A DNA stretch of 64,000 nucleotides from positions 1,056,001 through 1,120,000 of the forward strand of contig CAWIIB010000001.1 in NCBI GenBank assembly GCA_963836075.1, given 5' to 3'. The notes under the pieces are model-generated. The model did no database searches. It was not told the origin of the DNA and saw only the letters and a program-made list of their open reading frames with translations. Shown here one piece after another: positions 1 through 9,614 of this stretch. The stretch is from an uncultured Acidobacteriota bacterium (GTDB lineage: Bacteria > Acidobacteriota > JAQAZP01). A program made the translations under genes and the position numbers. The stretch's first letter is position 1. Each line of letters opens with the position of its first letter.

Positions 1-278
1 TGACCGCCCACCCGAAATTCATCAGCTACATCGGCCTGACCGCCCCGCGGAACAATGTGTCGATGTATATGGGCTATATCTTCCTCTACGGGGTGATCGG
101 CAGCAGCATCGGCGGTGTGCTGGGGGCCAACCTCTACGTCACCTTTGTGGACGAGCTGAACCGGCCGAAAACCCTCTGGCTGATCTTCAGCATGATCGGC
201 GTGGCCACCATTGCCGGCCTCTGGCTTTACAACCGGTTCCTGGTGGTGCCCCGGGAGGCCGAGGCGCAGAAAGCCTGA
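1..278 (+). CDS. MFS-type transporter, C-terminal part (5' truncated by window)
   Basis: Open frame from base 3 (TAHPKFISYIGLTAPRNNVSMYMGY...) with the last hydrophobic helices typical of MFS C-termini. Confidence 0.65.
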   Translation, partial: TAHPKFISYIGLTAPRNNVSMYMGYIFLYGVIGSSIGGVLGANLYVTFVDELNRPKTLWLIFSMIGVATIAGLWLYNRFLVVPREAEAQKA

Positions 279-356
279 CCTGTGACCCGCACCCACCACC
301 CGCCGGGGTGGTGGGTTTCCATGTTGTCCGCACGTGTACAAAGTGAAACCGGTCAT

Positions 357-2695
357 ATGGTCTCCGTCGCCAGATACCTCCTGCTCATCCTGATATTGAT
401 TTCGCTGGTTCTCCAGGGCGGCTGCTCCAGGGAACCCGGGATCGACCTCGAGCTGGAAGTCACCCGGATCCACCTGATGCAGGGAGGCCCCCTGCTGCTC
501 AACCTCGAGTACCGGTGGCGGCGGGACGCCGGCTTCACCCTCGACTACCAGAAGCCGATGGTCTACGTCCATTTCCTCAACGAGGAGAAAGAGATCTTCT
601 TCCAGGACGACCACGTACCACCGGCGGAAGTTCTTTTCGGTGATCGCCACGACCAGACAGTCAGCTACCAGCGGTGCGGTATTCTGCTGACCACCGACCC
701 CGAACTGTTTGAAAATCTGGACCGGTCACACGTGAGGATCAGGAGCGGGTTCTACGAGAAAACGGAGATGACCAGGAAACATCCGGTCCTCGACACCCGG
801 ATGAAACCCACTCCCCGGCCATCCGCTCTCCCCACGATCACCGCCCTTGAAGGCACAGCCGCCCGCACCGCGGCCGGCAGCCGCGCGACCTCGCTCCCGC
901 TGCTGCTGCCGTCCTCCATCATCAGAGGGCCTGCAACCGACGAACCGCTGGCCACCCGGCTGATTTCCCGGGAGCAGCTGTCGCTGATCAGGGATCACCT
1001 GCCGGCACCGGCCGGCGGCGCGGAGCGCCCAGCCCAGCAGCCCGGCCCGCTGGGAATTGAAATGCCGGCCCACACCTCGGCTGAATTCATCCTCCGCCCG
1101 GCCGCCGGCTCGCGCCTGGTCTTCACCCCCCTGGCCCGCTCCCGGACCCTGTTCCGTGTCACGGTTCGCCGGACCGGAGAAGACGGAGAGGTCCTCCTGG
1201 AACGGACGGTTACCGGTGATGAACCGGAATTGTCACTGGCCCTGCCGGGCCCGGGGGATGGCCCGATGAGCCTGCGTCTGGAATGCCGGGGGCCCGATCC
1301 AGGCATCTGGGTCGATGCCCGGGTGGTGGAGCCGGCACCCGCTGTTCCGCCGGACCGGGAACTGGAAGGAAGGCTGGTTGAAATCCGCCGTGCCGCCCGG
1401 GACTGGAACGCCCTGGTGGTCATTCTCGATGCCACACGGGCCGATGCCCTCTCCAGCTACGGGCATTCCCGGCGCACCACTCCCACCCTGGACAGGATCG
1501 CCCGCCAGAGTGTCCAGTTCATCGAAAGCCACTCCTCGGCGTCCTACACCATCTCCTCCACGGCCAGCTTGTTTTCAGGTCTCTATCCCACCACCCACCG
1601 GGTGCTGGACTGGCAGGACCGCCTCTGGGAGGGCTTTCCCGTCCTGGCCGAGGCCCTTTCGGAATCCGGGAAATTCACCGCGGCCATAACCGCAAATCCT
1701 TGTATTTCAGATACCTACGGGATGAGACGCGGGTTCGACCACTTCACCGTGGTACCCCGGGTACGGGATGAGCGGATGGATTCAGCGGCGGTGAACAGTT
1801 GCCTCGAAGAACTGACCCCGCAACTGGCTGGCCCGGCAATCTCCTCGTTCTATCTCTACCTGCACTACCTCGAGCCCCACATGCCCTACGACCCTCCGGA
1901 ACCGATCCGGGAGCTGGTCACACGCCAGTCCAGCGACCCCAGTCTGCCCGCCACCCGGGAGACCATCCGCGATCCCGAACACGCCCGGGGGGAGGAACGG
2001 GAACAGTTGGCGGCTCATTTTCGAGCCCTGTACCACGGAAACCTGACCTACGTGGATTTCCAACTGGCCAAAGCCCTGGCCCGGCTGCGGCGGGAGGGAC
2101 TGCTGGACCGCACCCTGCTGCTGATCACCTCCGATCACGGAGAGGCTTTTCTGGAGCATGACCGGATGCTCCACGGCTCCACCGTCTATCGTGAGGAGAT
2201 CCTCGTCCCGCTGCTCGTGCGTTTTCCGCCGCCACTGGAGAAGCTGTCCGGCCTCAGCCGGCATCCGGTGAATACGGTGGACACCACGGCCTTTCTGCTC
2301 CAGTTGCTGGGCCCACCCGAAAGCCCGCTGGGCCGCTCGATGGAAGGCCGCAGCTACCTCCCCCCCTCCTGGGTGCGGAGAGTCCCACCGCCGGGGACCT
2401 GACCTACCTGGTGGCAGCTCTCACCCAACCCTACAGCTACGGTCTGTTCGACGACACTCACAGCCTTGTGGCGGGTCCGCACGGTGTCGAGCTGTTCAAC
2501 CGCACCACCGATCCGTACGAGTTGTCTCCCCTCCAGGGCAGCGACTCACTGGACCGGGCCTATCTCCTGCAGCAGTTCCTCGCCCACCTGACCACGAATT
2601 CCTGGCGGGATCCGAGCTCCACCGGATCCGGGGATGCCATGGTTGACCAGGCGCTGAAGGACCAACTGGCGGCCCTGGGGTATGTCCAGGACTGA
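357..2695 (+). CDS. Sulfatase/alkaline-phosphatase-fold lipoprotein, frameshifted near 2370
   Basis: Lipobox-like LQGGC; LDATRAD, YLEPHMPY and TSDHGE motifs; C-terminus (..QLAALGYVQD) continues in another frame after a C-rich run at ~2358-2370. Confidence 0.8.
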
Positions 2696-2699
2696 GTCC

Positions 2700-2728
2700 T
2701 TGACAGAACGGTAATACATTGTAATAAT
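2700..2728 (+). promoter_or_regulatory. sigma70-type promoter overlapped by a GTAATA direct repeat (putative operator)
   Basis: TTGACA at 2700-2705, AATAAT 17 bp downstream; GTAATA at 2711-2716 and 2721-2726. Confidence 0.55.
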
Positions 2729-2780
2729 TGAACCATGTAGCGTCTTGGATGGGGAGAAGTTTGTGTGAGGTGGTCGGCCG

Positions 2781-3041
2781 ATGAAACGCAAGAAACCGGA
2801 AGTGATCACCTTCAAGGTGGATGAATCGCTGCTCGAAGCGATGGAGGACATTCCCAACCGCTCCGAATTCATCCGCCATGCCGTGCAGGCAGCCCTCGAA
2901 CACAGTTGCCCGCTCTGCCGCGGCACCGGGGTGCTGACCCCGGAGCAGCACGACCACTGGAGGGCCTTCTCCGCCAGCCACCAGCTCCGGCGGTGCGAAG
3001 AGTGCCGTGAAATGCACCTGGTGTGCGAGAAGGGAAAGTGA
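2781..3041 (+). CDS. CopG/ribbon-helix-helix regulator with C-terminal Cys/His zinc-finger
   Basis: VITFKVD..L...NRSEFIR RHH pattern; CPLC, H, CEEC, H-x2-C; first gene of the znu operon. Confidence 0.75.
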   Translation: MKRKKPEVITFKVDESLLEAMEDIPNRSEFIRHAVQAALEHSCPLCRGTGVLTPEQHDHWRAFSASHQLRRCEECREMHLVCEKGK

Positions 3042-3961
3042 TGAACCGTCGCCCTGCCCTGCTGTTCTTTCTCCTGTTCACGGTACTGGCCTTCGGCTGC
3101 TCCGCCCCGAAGGAGACCGGCACGGCCCACAGGCCCCGCCCGGGGATATTCGTCAGCATCCCGCCGCAAAAATTCCTCGTGCAGCGCATCGCCGGAGACC
3201 TGGTCACGGTGGACGTCCTGTTGCCGCCCGGCCAGTCGCCGGCCACCTATGAACCGGCCCCCCGGCAGATGAGCCGGTTGTCGGAGTCGGCGCTCTTCTT
3301 CCGGGTGGGCGTGCCGTTCGAGGAGCGGTTGATGAAGAAAATCACCGACACCATGCCGGACCTGGAGGTGGTGGACACCCGGGAGGGAATCGAACTGCGA
3401 CGGATGGAGGGGGGACACGATCACGGCCACGCCCATCACGGCGATCACACTCATCAGCCCGGCAGCCCGGACCCGCACAGCTGGCTCGATCCGCGGCTGG
3501 CCATGATCCAGGCCCGCACGATGCACGATGCGCTGGTGCGGATCCTGCCCGGCAACGCCGACAGCCTGCGGGACGGGCTGGAGCGGCTGACCGCCGACCT
3601 GCAGGAAACCGACCGCCGGGTGGCACTGACTCTGGAGCCGCTGCGCGGCCGCAGCATCTACGTCTTCCACCCGGCTTACGGGTATCTGGCGGATGCCTAC
3701 GGCCTGACCCAGGTGGCGGTGGAACTGGAGGGCAAGGAGCCCAGCGCCAGGCAACTGGCCGACACCATCACCAGGGCCCGGCAGGACGGCGTACACGCCA
3801 TTTTTTACCAGCCGCAGTTTTCCCGGAGCAGCGTCGAGACGCTGTCCCGGGAAATCGGCGGCAACGCCGTTGAACTGGACCCGCTGGCCGAGGGCTACCT
3901 GGAGAACCTCGAGCGAATGGCGGCGGCCATCAGCGACGCACTGGAGGCGGAGGCGAATTAG
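3041..3961 (+). CDS. znuA: Zn/Mn ABC transporter substrate-binding lipoprotein
   Basis: LAFGC lipobox, His-rich loop, DPHSWLDP, FHPAYGY. Confidence 0.9.
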   Translation: MNRRPALLFFLLFTVLAFGCSAPKETGTAHRPRPGIFVSIPPQKFLVQRIAGDLVTVDVLLPPGQSPATYEPAPRQMSRLSESALFFRVGVPFEERLMKKITDTMPDLEVVDTREGIELRRMEGGHDHGHAHHGDHTHQPGSPDPHSWLDPRLAMIQARTMHDALVRILPGNADSLRDGLERLTADLQETDRRVALTLEPLRGRSIYVFHPAYGYLADAYGLTQVAVELEGKEPSARQLADTITRARQDGVHAIFYQPQFSRSSVETLSREIGGNAVELDPLAEGYLENLERMAAAISDALEAEAN

Positions 3962-3963
3962 CG

Positions 3964-4728
3964 ATGCCTGACCCTGACGGCAGCCCGGCCATCAGCGCCC
4001 TGAACCTCACCTTCACCTACGGCGGCCCGCCGGTGCTCGAGGATGCCACCTTCACCATCGAGCGCGGCGATTTCGCTTCCATCGTCGGCCCCAACGGCGG
4101 GGGCAAGACCACCCTGCTCAAACTGATCCTGGGTCTGCTGCACCCCTCGCGGGGCGAGATTCGGGTCAGCAACCGCCCGCCGGCTGACGCCCGCCCGCTC
4201 ATCGGGTATATGCCGCAGCACGTGGACCTCGATCCCAGCTTCCCGATAAACGTGACCGAGATCGTGCTGATGGGCCGCCTGGCGCCGGGCATGGCTCCCG
4301 GCCCCGTCGGCCGCAAGGACCGCCGGCTGGCCGCCGGCATCATCGAAATGCTCGGTCTGGAGGAGGTGCGCCAGAAGCCGCTGGCCGAACTTTCCGGCGG
4401 CCAGCGGCAACGGGTGCTCATCGCCCGGGCTCTGGCCTGCCAGCCGGAGATCCTGCTCCTTGACGAACCCACGGCACATCTCGACCTGCATCTGGAAGAC
4501 GAGTTTCTCGAAATTCTGAAGGACCTGAACCGGCGGATGACGGTGGTGATGGTTTCTCACGACCTGGGGTTCGTGGCCAGCTGCGTCAACCGCTGCGTCT
4601 GCGTCAATCGCCACGTGCACCTGCACCCCACCAGCGCACCGAAGGATGACCTGATCCGCAGCATGTATGGTGACAGCGTCCGCCTGATCCGCCACGATGT
4701 GGATTTCCCGGAGGGCGAAGAACGATGA
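3964..4728 (+). CDS. znuC: Zn/Mn ABC transporter ATPase
   Basis: GPNGGGKT, LSGGQ, LLLDEP. Confidence 0.9.
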   Translation: MPDPDGSPAISALNLTFTYGGPPVLEDATFTIERGDFASIVGPNGGGKTTLLKLILGLLHPSRGEIRVSNRPPADARPLIGYMPQHVDLDPSFPINVTEIVLMGRLAPGMAPGPVGRKDRRLAAGIIEMLGLEEVRQKPLAELSGGQRQRVLIARALACQPEILLLDEPTAHLDLHLEDEFLEILKDLNRRMTVVMVSHDLGFVASCVNRCVCVNRHVHLHPTSAPKDDLIRSMYGDSVRLIRHDVDFPEGEER

Positions 4729-5576
4729 GCGAGTTCGTCCAGGCCCTGAGCGAGCACGTCTTCCTGCAGCGGGCGCTGCTGGCCGGCCTGATGATCAGCC
4801 TGGCCTGCGGCATGGTGGGCACCTACGTGGTCTCCCGGAGGATCACCTACATCGCCGCCAGTGTGGCCCACTGCGTACTGGGCGGCATGGGCGCGGCCCG
4901 TTACCTCCAGGTGGTCCACGGCTGGGCCTGGCTGACACCGTTGTATGGCGCCCTGGCCGCCGCGGTGACCGCCGCGGTGATCATCGGCCTGATCAGCCTC
5001 AAGGCCCGGGAACGGGAAGACACCGTGATCGGTGCACTCTGGGCCATCGGCATGGCCGCCGGCGTGCTGTTCATATCCCGTACCCCCGGATACAACGAAG
5101 ACCTGATGAGCTACCTCTTCGGCAACATCCTGGTGATCTCCTCGCTTGATCTCTGGCTCATCGCCCTGCTGGACCTGGTGGTGGCGGCGATCACCCTGCT
5201 GTTCTACCGCCAGTTGCAGGCGGTCTGCTTCGACGAGGAATTTTCCCGTCTCCGCGGCCTGCGGGTGGAATTCCACTACCTGCTGCTGCTCTGTCTCACC
5301 GCCCTCACCGTGGTGCTGCTGGTCACCGTGGTGGGCATCGTGATGGTCATCGCCCTGCTCACCCTGCCGGCGGCCATTGCCGGATACTTCTCTCGTTCCC
5401 TGTGGCAGATGATGGTGCTGGCCACCGCAGTTTGCGCCCTGCTCACCAGTTCGGGACTGGCCCTCAGCTACGGCCCGAACCTCCCGGCCGGCGCCACCAT
5501 CATCATTCTCGCCGGCGCCGCCTACCTGCTGGTGGCTGGGGGACGGGCGCTGCTGCGCAGGTCCGCATCGGGCTAG
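4725..5576 (+). CDS. znuB: Zn/Mn ABC transporter permease
   Basis: ABC-3 permease motifs (SYLFGNIL, FDEEF), ATGA overlap with znuC. Confidence 0.9.
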   Translation: MSEFVQALSEHVFLQRALLAGLMISLACGMVGTYVVSRRITYIAASVAHCVLGGMGAARYLQVVHGWAWLTPLYGALAAAVTAAVIIGLISLKAREREDTVIGALWAIGMAAGVLFISRTPGYNEDLMSYLFGNILVISSLDLWLIALLDLVVAAITLLFYRQLQAVCFDEEFSRLRGLRVEFHYLLLLCLTALTVVLLVTVVGIVMVIALLTLPAAIAGYFSRSLWQMMVLATAVCALLTSSGLALSYGPNLPAGATIIILAGAAYLLVAGGRALLRRSASG

Positions 5577-5859
5577 CCTCAAAAACCAGGCCGGAGCAAT
5601 AATTGACATAATTGCTCCAAGTTTCGAAATTCTTACGATTTATGTGAAAAATGACTGGAATTTCATCAACTGCTAGTTTATATTGAAGTTCAAGAGTTTT
5701 TTGATAGGGAACCTTCGGATGTTACTGGGGCCGGAGGATCGATTCCCAGCCTGTCGGATCGGGGCGCCAGACCCCGGATCTTGATGTTTTTCCAAACGCC
5801 ATCACCATCACCGGAATCGTCCGGGTTGATGGGTGAGATTTCCGGAAAGGAGTGCTTTA

Positions 5860-6969
5860 ATGCGTTACCGTGGTATGAAGGGTTGGATCTGTTGCTCCGC
5901 CCTCCTCGTTTTCCTTTTCTCCATCGGGCTCATGTTCAGCGCCGGCACCAGCCTGGCCGCTGACAGAGTTGTACTGGGAGAACTCTTCTCCCGCACCTCT
6001 TGACCATACTGCCCATCCGCGGTACGCGGATTTGAAGATCTCGTCGACACCTACGGCACCGACCAGTTCCTCCCCATCACCTGGTATCTGCCCGGCTACA
6101 CCGGCAGTATCCCCGAAGCCGCCACGCGGGCCTCGGCCAGTTTCTACAATGTCACCGGAGCGCCCACGGCATGGTTCGACGGCTGGACCAATTCGGTGGG
6201 AGGCCTGCCCTCAGGCTCCATGTTCTCCTACTACAACCCGATTGTGATCAGCCACCTCGGCTCGGCAAGCCCGTTGGAGATGACCGCCAGCTATACCCAG
6301 ACAGGACTCGACGTGACGCTCAACGTGCATATCGATGTCACCGGCTTTGTCAGCACCACCAGCAACCGGGTACACTTCATCGTCTGCGAGGACGGGGGTC
6401 AGGGCAATGTGAACATGTCCCGCCAGGCCCTGACCTACGAGCCGTTCACCCTCACCTCCCCTGGACAGTCAGTGGACATCCAGCGCACCACCACCCTCTC
6501 AGCCGCCTGGACCGGCCCGATCAACATCATCGTCTTTGTCCAGAGCCACGGTTCGAACTTTGACGTGCTGCAGGCGACCCTGGCCGCCGAGGAGTGGGCG
6601 GGAGACACCGTGGGCGTCACCCTTGGTTGCACCCCCGGTTCCGGCACACTCCCCTTCACTTCCAGCATGTGGCTCCGTCTGGAGAACCTCACCCCCTGGT
6701 CCCGGCGGATCTCGGGCAAGATCAACGCCACCATCGGCAACGGCTCGACGTTTACCAGCTGGAGAGCCGGTTGGACCAACCTCAGTCCCGCTGAAGTCTA
6801 TACATCAAACTGGAACCAGAACTTCCCGGGCCTGGCTTCGCTGGTGGGCGACAACATCTTCACCCTCTACGGCTACGATGTAACACCCGCACCGTATAAC
6901 CAGCCGCCCTATGCCCCGGACGGCGGTTCCGACACCGCGTCCTGCACCATCACGGCGTACGCGCCCTGA
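5860..6969 (+). CDS. Secreted Omp28-like thioredoxin-fold selenoprotein (Sec at TGA 6001-6003) with C-terminal 'NQPP' domain
   Basis: AAGGAG RBS, ATG 5860, signal peptide, VVLGELFSRTS-TGA-PYC, then YNVTGAPTAWFDG; same frame as ORF 6196-6969. Confidence 0.8.
6015..6031 (+). promoter_or_regulatory. Bacterial SECIS-like hairpin
   Basis: ATCCGCG-GTA-CGCGGAT; G-initiated loop starts 18 nt after the in-frame TGA. Confidence 0.65.
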
Positions 6970-6991
6970 TCCTTTCGGCAGGGCAAAGAGC

Positions 6992-7030
6992 AAAGCCCCG
7001 GTCATCGCAACGGTGACCGGGGCTTTTTTT
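6992..7030 (+). terminator. Rho-independent terminator
   Basis: AAAGCCCCGGTCATCG-CAA-CGGTGACCGGGGC followed by T7. Confidence 0.9.
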
Positions 7031-7119
7031 ATCTGCTCTTCACGATTCTTCTTTTATTCCTACTCCACTATTTCTCCAAAACCTCATGTGTTGCCGGGCC
7101 GCACATGAGGTTTCGGGAC

Positions 7120-7171
7120 AAAAAAATACCCCCTGGCTCCCCTGTCAAAGACAGGCAGCGGAGGGGGTATT
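7120..7171 (-). terminator. Rho-independent terminator of the peptide gene
   Basis: AATACCCCCT...CCTGTC-AAA-GACAGG...AGGGGGTATT preceded on + by an A-run (T-run on -). Confidence 0.7.
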
Positions 7172-7202
7172 CATTCGCGAGACTGATCCGCGTCAGACGG
7201 CC

Positions 7203-7472
7203 TCAGCTGCTGTAGGTAATCCAGTTACCGCACATGCCGCTGTAGACGTAGCTGCCGCTGGTGCCGCCGGGGCCGAAGCCGATGCCGGCGCTGCCGCTGG
7301 CCGACTCGCTACCGCCGAAACCGCCACCGAGGTGACCGGTGAAGGTGTCATAGGGAGCACCCGTGTGCCAGGATCCCGGAGGGGGATCAGTGGTCTTGCC
7401 ACAGGCCAAAGCCGAGGTCTCGAACGACTTTTCACTCTTGATCACAGGCTTGCTGTACAGTGCCTTCTTCAT
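7203..7472 (-). CDS. Putative RiPP precursor peptide (89 aa)
   Basis: MKKALYSKPVIKSEKSFETSALACGK leader with a YxxP motif; Gly/Ser/aromatic-rich core; own promoter and terminator. Confidence 0.65.
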   Translation of the reverse strand: MKKALYSKPVIKSEKSFETSALACGKTTDPPPGSWHTGAPYDTFTGHLGGGFGGSESASGSAGIGFGPGGTSGSYVYSGMCGNWITYSS

Positions 7473-7544
7473 GAAACCCATCCCTTCTTGAGGTTGATAA
7501 TTTTGCCACTCCCTCACAGACCCCTAATTCGGAATGGCTGCGAA

Positions 7545-7573
7545 ACTATACCTTCTCACCATCAACGAGTCAA
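7545..7573 (-). promoter_or_regulatory. sigma70-type promoter of the peptide gene
   Basis: On - strand TTGACT-17 bp-TATAGT. Confidence 0.6.
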
Positions 7574-7743
7574 GACCAAATCCACATGTCGCATCCCGCA
7601 GCAAATCCGCCGATTCAGAGCAACGAAAACAGAACGCAAACCATGTAATCGGGATAACGATGCGAACAATTTACAAGTTTTCCATCCTTAAGTCAATACG
7701 GTTTTCAAGATCCGGTTCATCGGCTCCCGCACCCTCCCGCTCC

Positions 7744-9006
7744 TCACCTCAATTCTCCGGGTTCGAAGATCCGAACAGTACCGAAGAGACCGTCATATCC
7801 CGCAGATACGGCAAGCGCTCCCCGACGAACCCGGCTCACACCCTCGGCCAGCAGCGGACCACCGGCTGCGGCCAGTTCTTCCACCGGCACGTCCATCAGG
7901 ATCTGCAGTTCCGGACCGAGGCGGGCCAGCAGCCCATCGTAAATCCTGGCCACCTTTCTGGAGCCCGCCCCGACCCCTTTGATCTCTCCAATGATCTGGG
8001 ACAGGGAGACCAGCCGGTGAAAAGGCAGGGCCCGCGGGGAACGCGATCCTTCGTCGCGGTCAGCCAGCACTTCCACCCGGTGGGCCACCCCCACGGTGAC
8101 CGCCCTTCCGCAGGCGGGGCAGAGGCCGCCGGCCGCCAGGGTCTGGACCGGGGTCAAGCGTTGCCCGCAGGCCCGGTGGCCGTCCAGATGATATTTGCCC
8201 TCCTCGGGAAAGAACTCCACCGTTCCCTTGCACAACGCCGGGTCTGCACTGCGCAGCGCGGCGAACAGGTTGTCGTAGCCCGGCTCCACCGCCAGCAGGG
8301 TAGCCTCCCGCCCGATCCGCGATGGTGAGTGCGCATCGGAATTGGAGACCAGGGTGTACTCATCAAGCGTGGAGACGCGCCAGTTCATCGGCGGGTCGGA
8401 GGAGAGCCCGGTCTCCAGGGCGAAAATGTGTCCGGACAAATCTCCGTAGCAGTCGTTGATGGCATCAAAGCCGGACCGCGAACCCAGAACCGAAAACCAG
8501 GGCGTCCAGATGTGGGCCGGAATGAGAACAGCCCGCGGGGAACACTCCAGGGCCATGGCCAGCAAATCGCGGCTGTCCAGTCCCAGGATGGGCCGGCCGT
8601 CGGAGCCAAGGTTTCCCACCTTGCTCAGCAGAGCACTCAGCCGGTCCGCGGCAGGGAGGTCGGGGAGGTACACCAGGTTGTGCACCTTGCGGACCCGGTC
8701 CCCCCGTTTGTAGATGCTGCTGATTTCCACCTGGAGGATGAAGCGCACATCCGAGGCACATGAATCGGGCACCGCATCCTCCCCCTCCAGGGAAGGACCG
8801 CTCCGCAGCCGGAAAAGTCCGTTGCCTTCAGATACCAGTTGCTCCTTCAGTTCGGCTCGCCAGCCGGGGTGGGTGAAATCCCCGGTCCCCAACAGCCCCA
8901 TACCCTTTTTCCGGCCCCAGGCCCACATCCGCTCCAGGTCGAAGTTGCGGCTGGTGGCCCGGGAGTATCTGGAGTGGAGGTGAAGATCAGCGGCAAAAGT
9001 TTTCAA
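7744..9006 (-). CDS. Endonuclease Q family (PHP domain plus Zn ribbon) protein
   Basis: DLHLHSRYS, GTGDFTHP, NSDAHS, GKYHLDGHRAC..CPAC; TTG start after AGGAGG. Confidence 0.85.
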   Translation of the reverse strand: MKTFAADLHLHSRYSRATSRNFDLERMWAWGRKKGMGLLGTGDFTHPGWRAELKEQLVSEGNGLFRLRSGPSLEGEDAVPDSCASDVRFILQVEISSIYKRGDRVRKVHNLVYLPDLPAADRLSALLSKVGNLGSDGRPILGLDSRDLLAMALECSPRAVLIPAHIWTPWFSVLGSRSGFDAINDCYGDLSGHIFALETGLSSDPPMNWRVSTLDEYTLVSNSDAHSPSRIGREATLLAVEPGYDNLFAALRSADPALCKGTVEFFPEEGKYHLDGHRACGQRLTPVQTLAAGGLCPACGRAVTVGVAHRVEVLADRDEGSRSPRALPFHRLVSLSQIIGEIKGVGAGSRKVARIYDGLLARLGPELQILMDVPVEELAAAGGPLLAEGVSRVRRGALAVSAGYDGLFGTVRIFEPGELR

Positions 9007-9252
9007 GCGCTTTCCCTCCTGGAAACTCTTGCGGCAGCATGCAAAACCCACTTGACGCTGATCAACAATGTGTTTATTATCGTAAACGAGTCGGGTCGTC
9101 CCCGGTGGCTCATTCCCCGAACCGCCGCCGGAGTTCAAGGCGACAACCACCTTTGAGGGCGCATGTCCGACCAGAATTCACATCAGCAGGATCGAGCACT
9201 ACCCGTGCCCGGCACCACCGCTACCGGACGCCGCAGGAGTTCCCGGAGGAAC

Positions 9253-9474
9253 ATGGTGGCGCATATCGATTCGGATCTCTGCACCGGGTGCGAGGCGTGC
9301 CAGGACTTCTGTCCCACCGGCTGCATCCGCACCATCCCCGGTGAGGTCTACGAAACCATCGGAGCGGTGAACCGGGTCAACGAGGACGGCTGCGTGGGTT
9401 GCTTCATCTGCCTTGATTACTGCCGGTGGGAAGCGATCCTCAAGGTACCCGGCAACCTGCCCGATCCCAGCTGA
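9253..9474 (+). CDS. 2[4Fe-4S] ferredoxin
   Basis: CTGCEACQDFCP and CVGCFICLDYC motifs; GGAGG RBS. Confidence 0.85.
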   Translation: MVAHIDSDLCTGCEACQDFCPTGCIRTIPGEVYETIGAVNRVNEDGCVGCFICLDYCRWEAILKVPGNLPDPS

Positions 9475-9614
9475 ACGTCCGTCCATATTCACTTCCGTCT
9501 CTTCCCGATACTGCATTCCAGATGATGCTCGGCACCGTTCTGTCGGGCATAGCGGGACGGGCGTACGGAACCCGGCACAGGGTTGGCCGGTACCGGGCGG
9601 ATTGCATTGGAAAC

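Noticed and set aside
6001-6003. TGA as a simple nonsense mutation
   Set aside because: It falls exactly at the redox Cys position with a SECIS-like hairpin behind it; Sec is favoured though unproven
7534-7743. ORF or ncRNA upstream of the peptide gene
   Set aside because: AT-rich promoter region; ORF 7534-8328 is mostly antisense to the EndoQ gene and no RNA family was recognised
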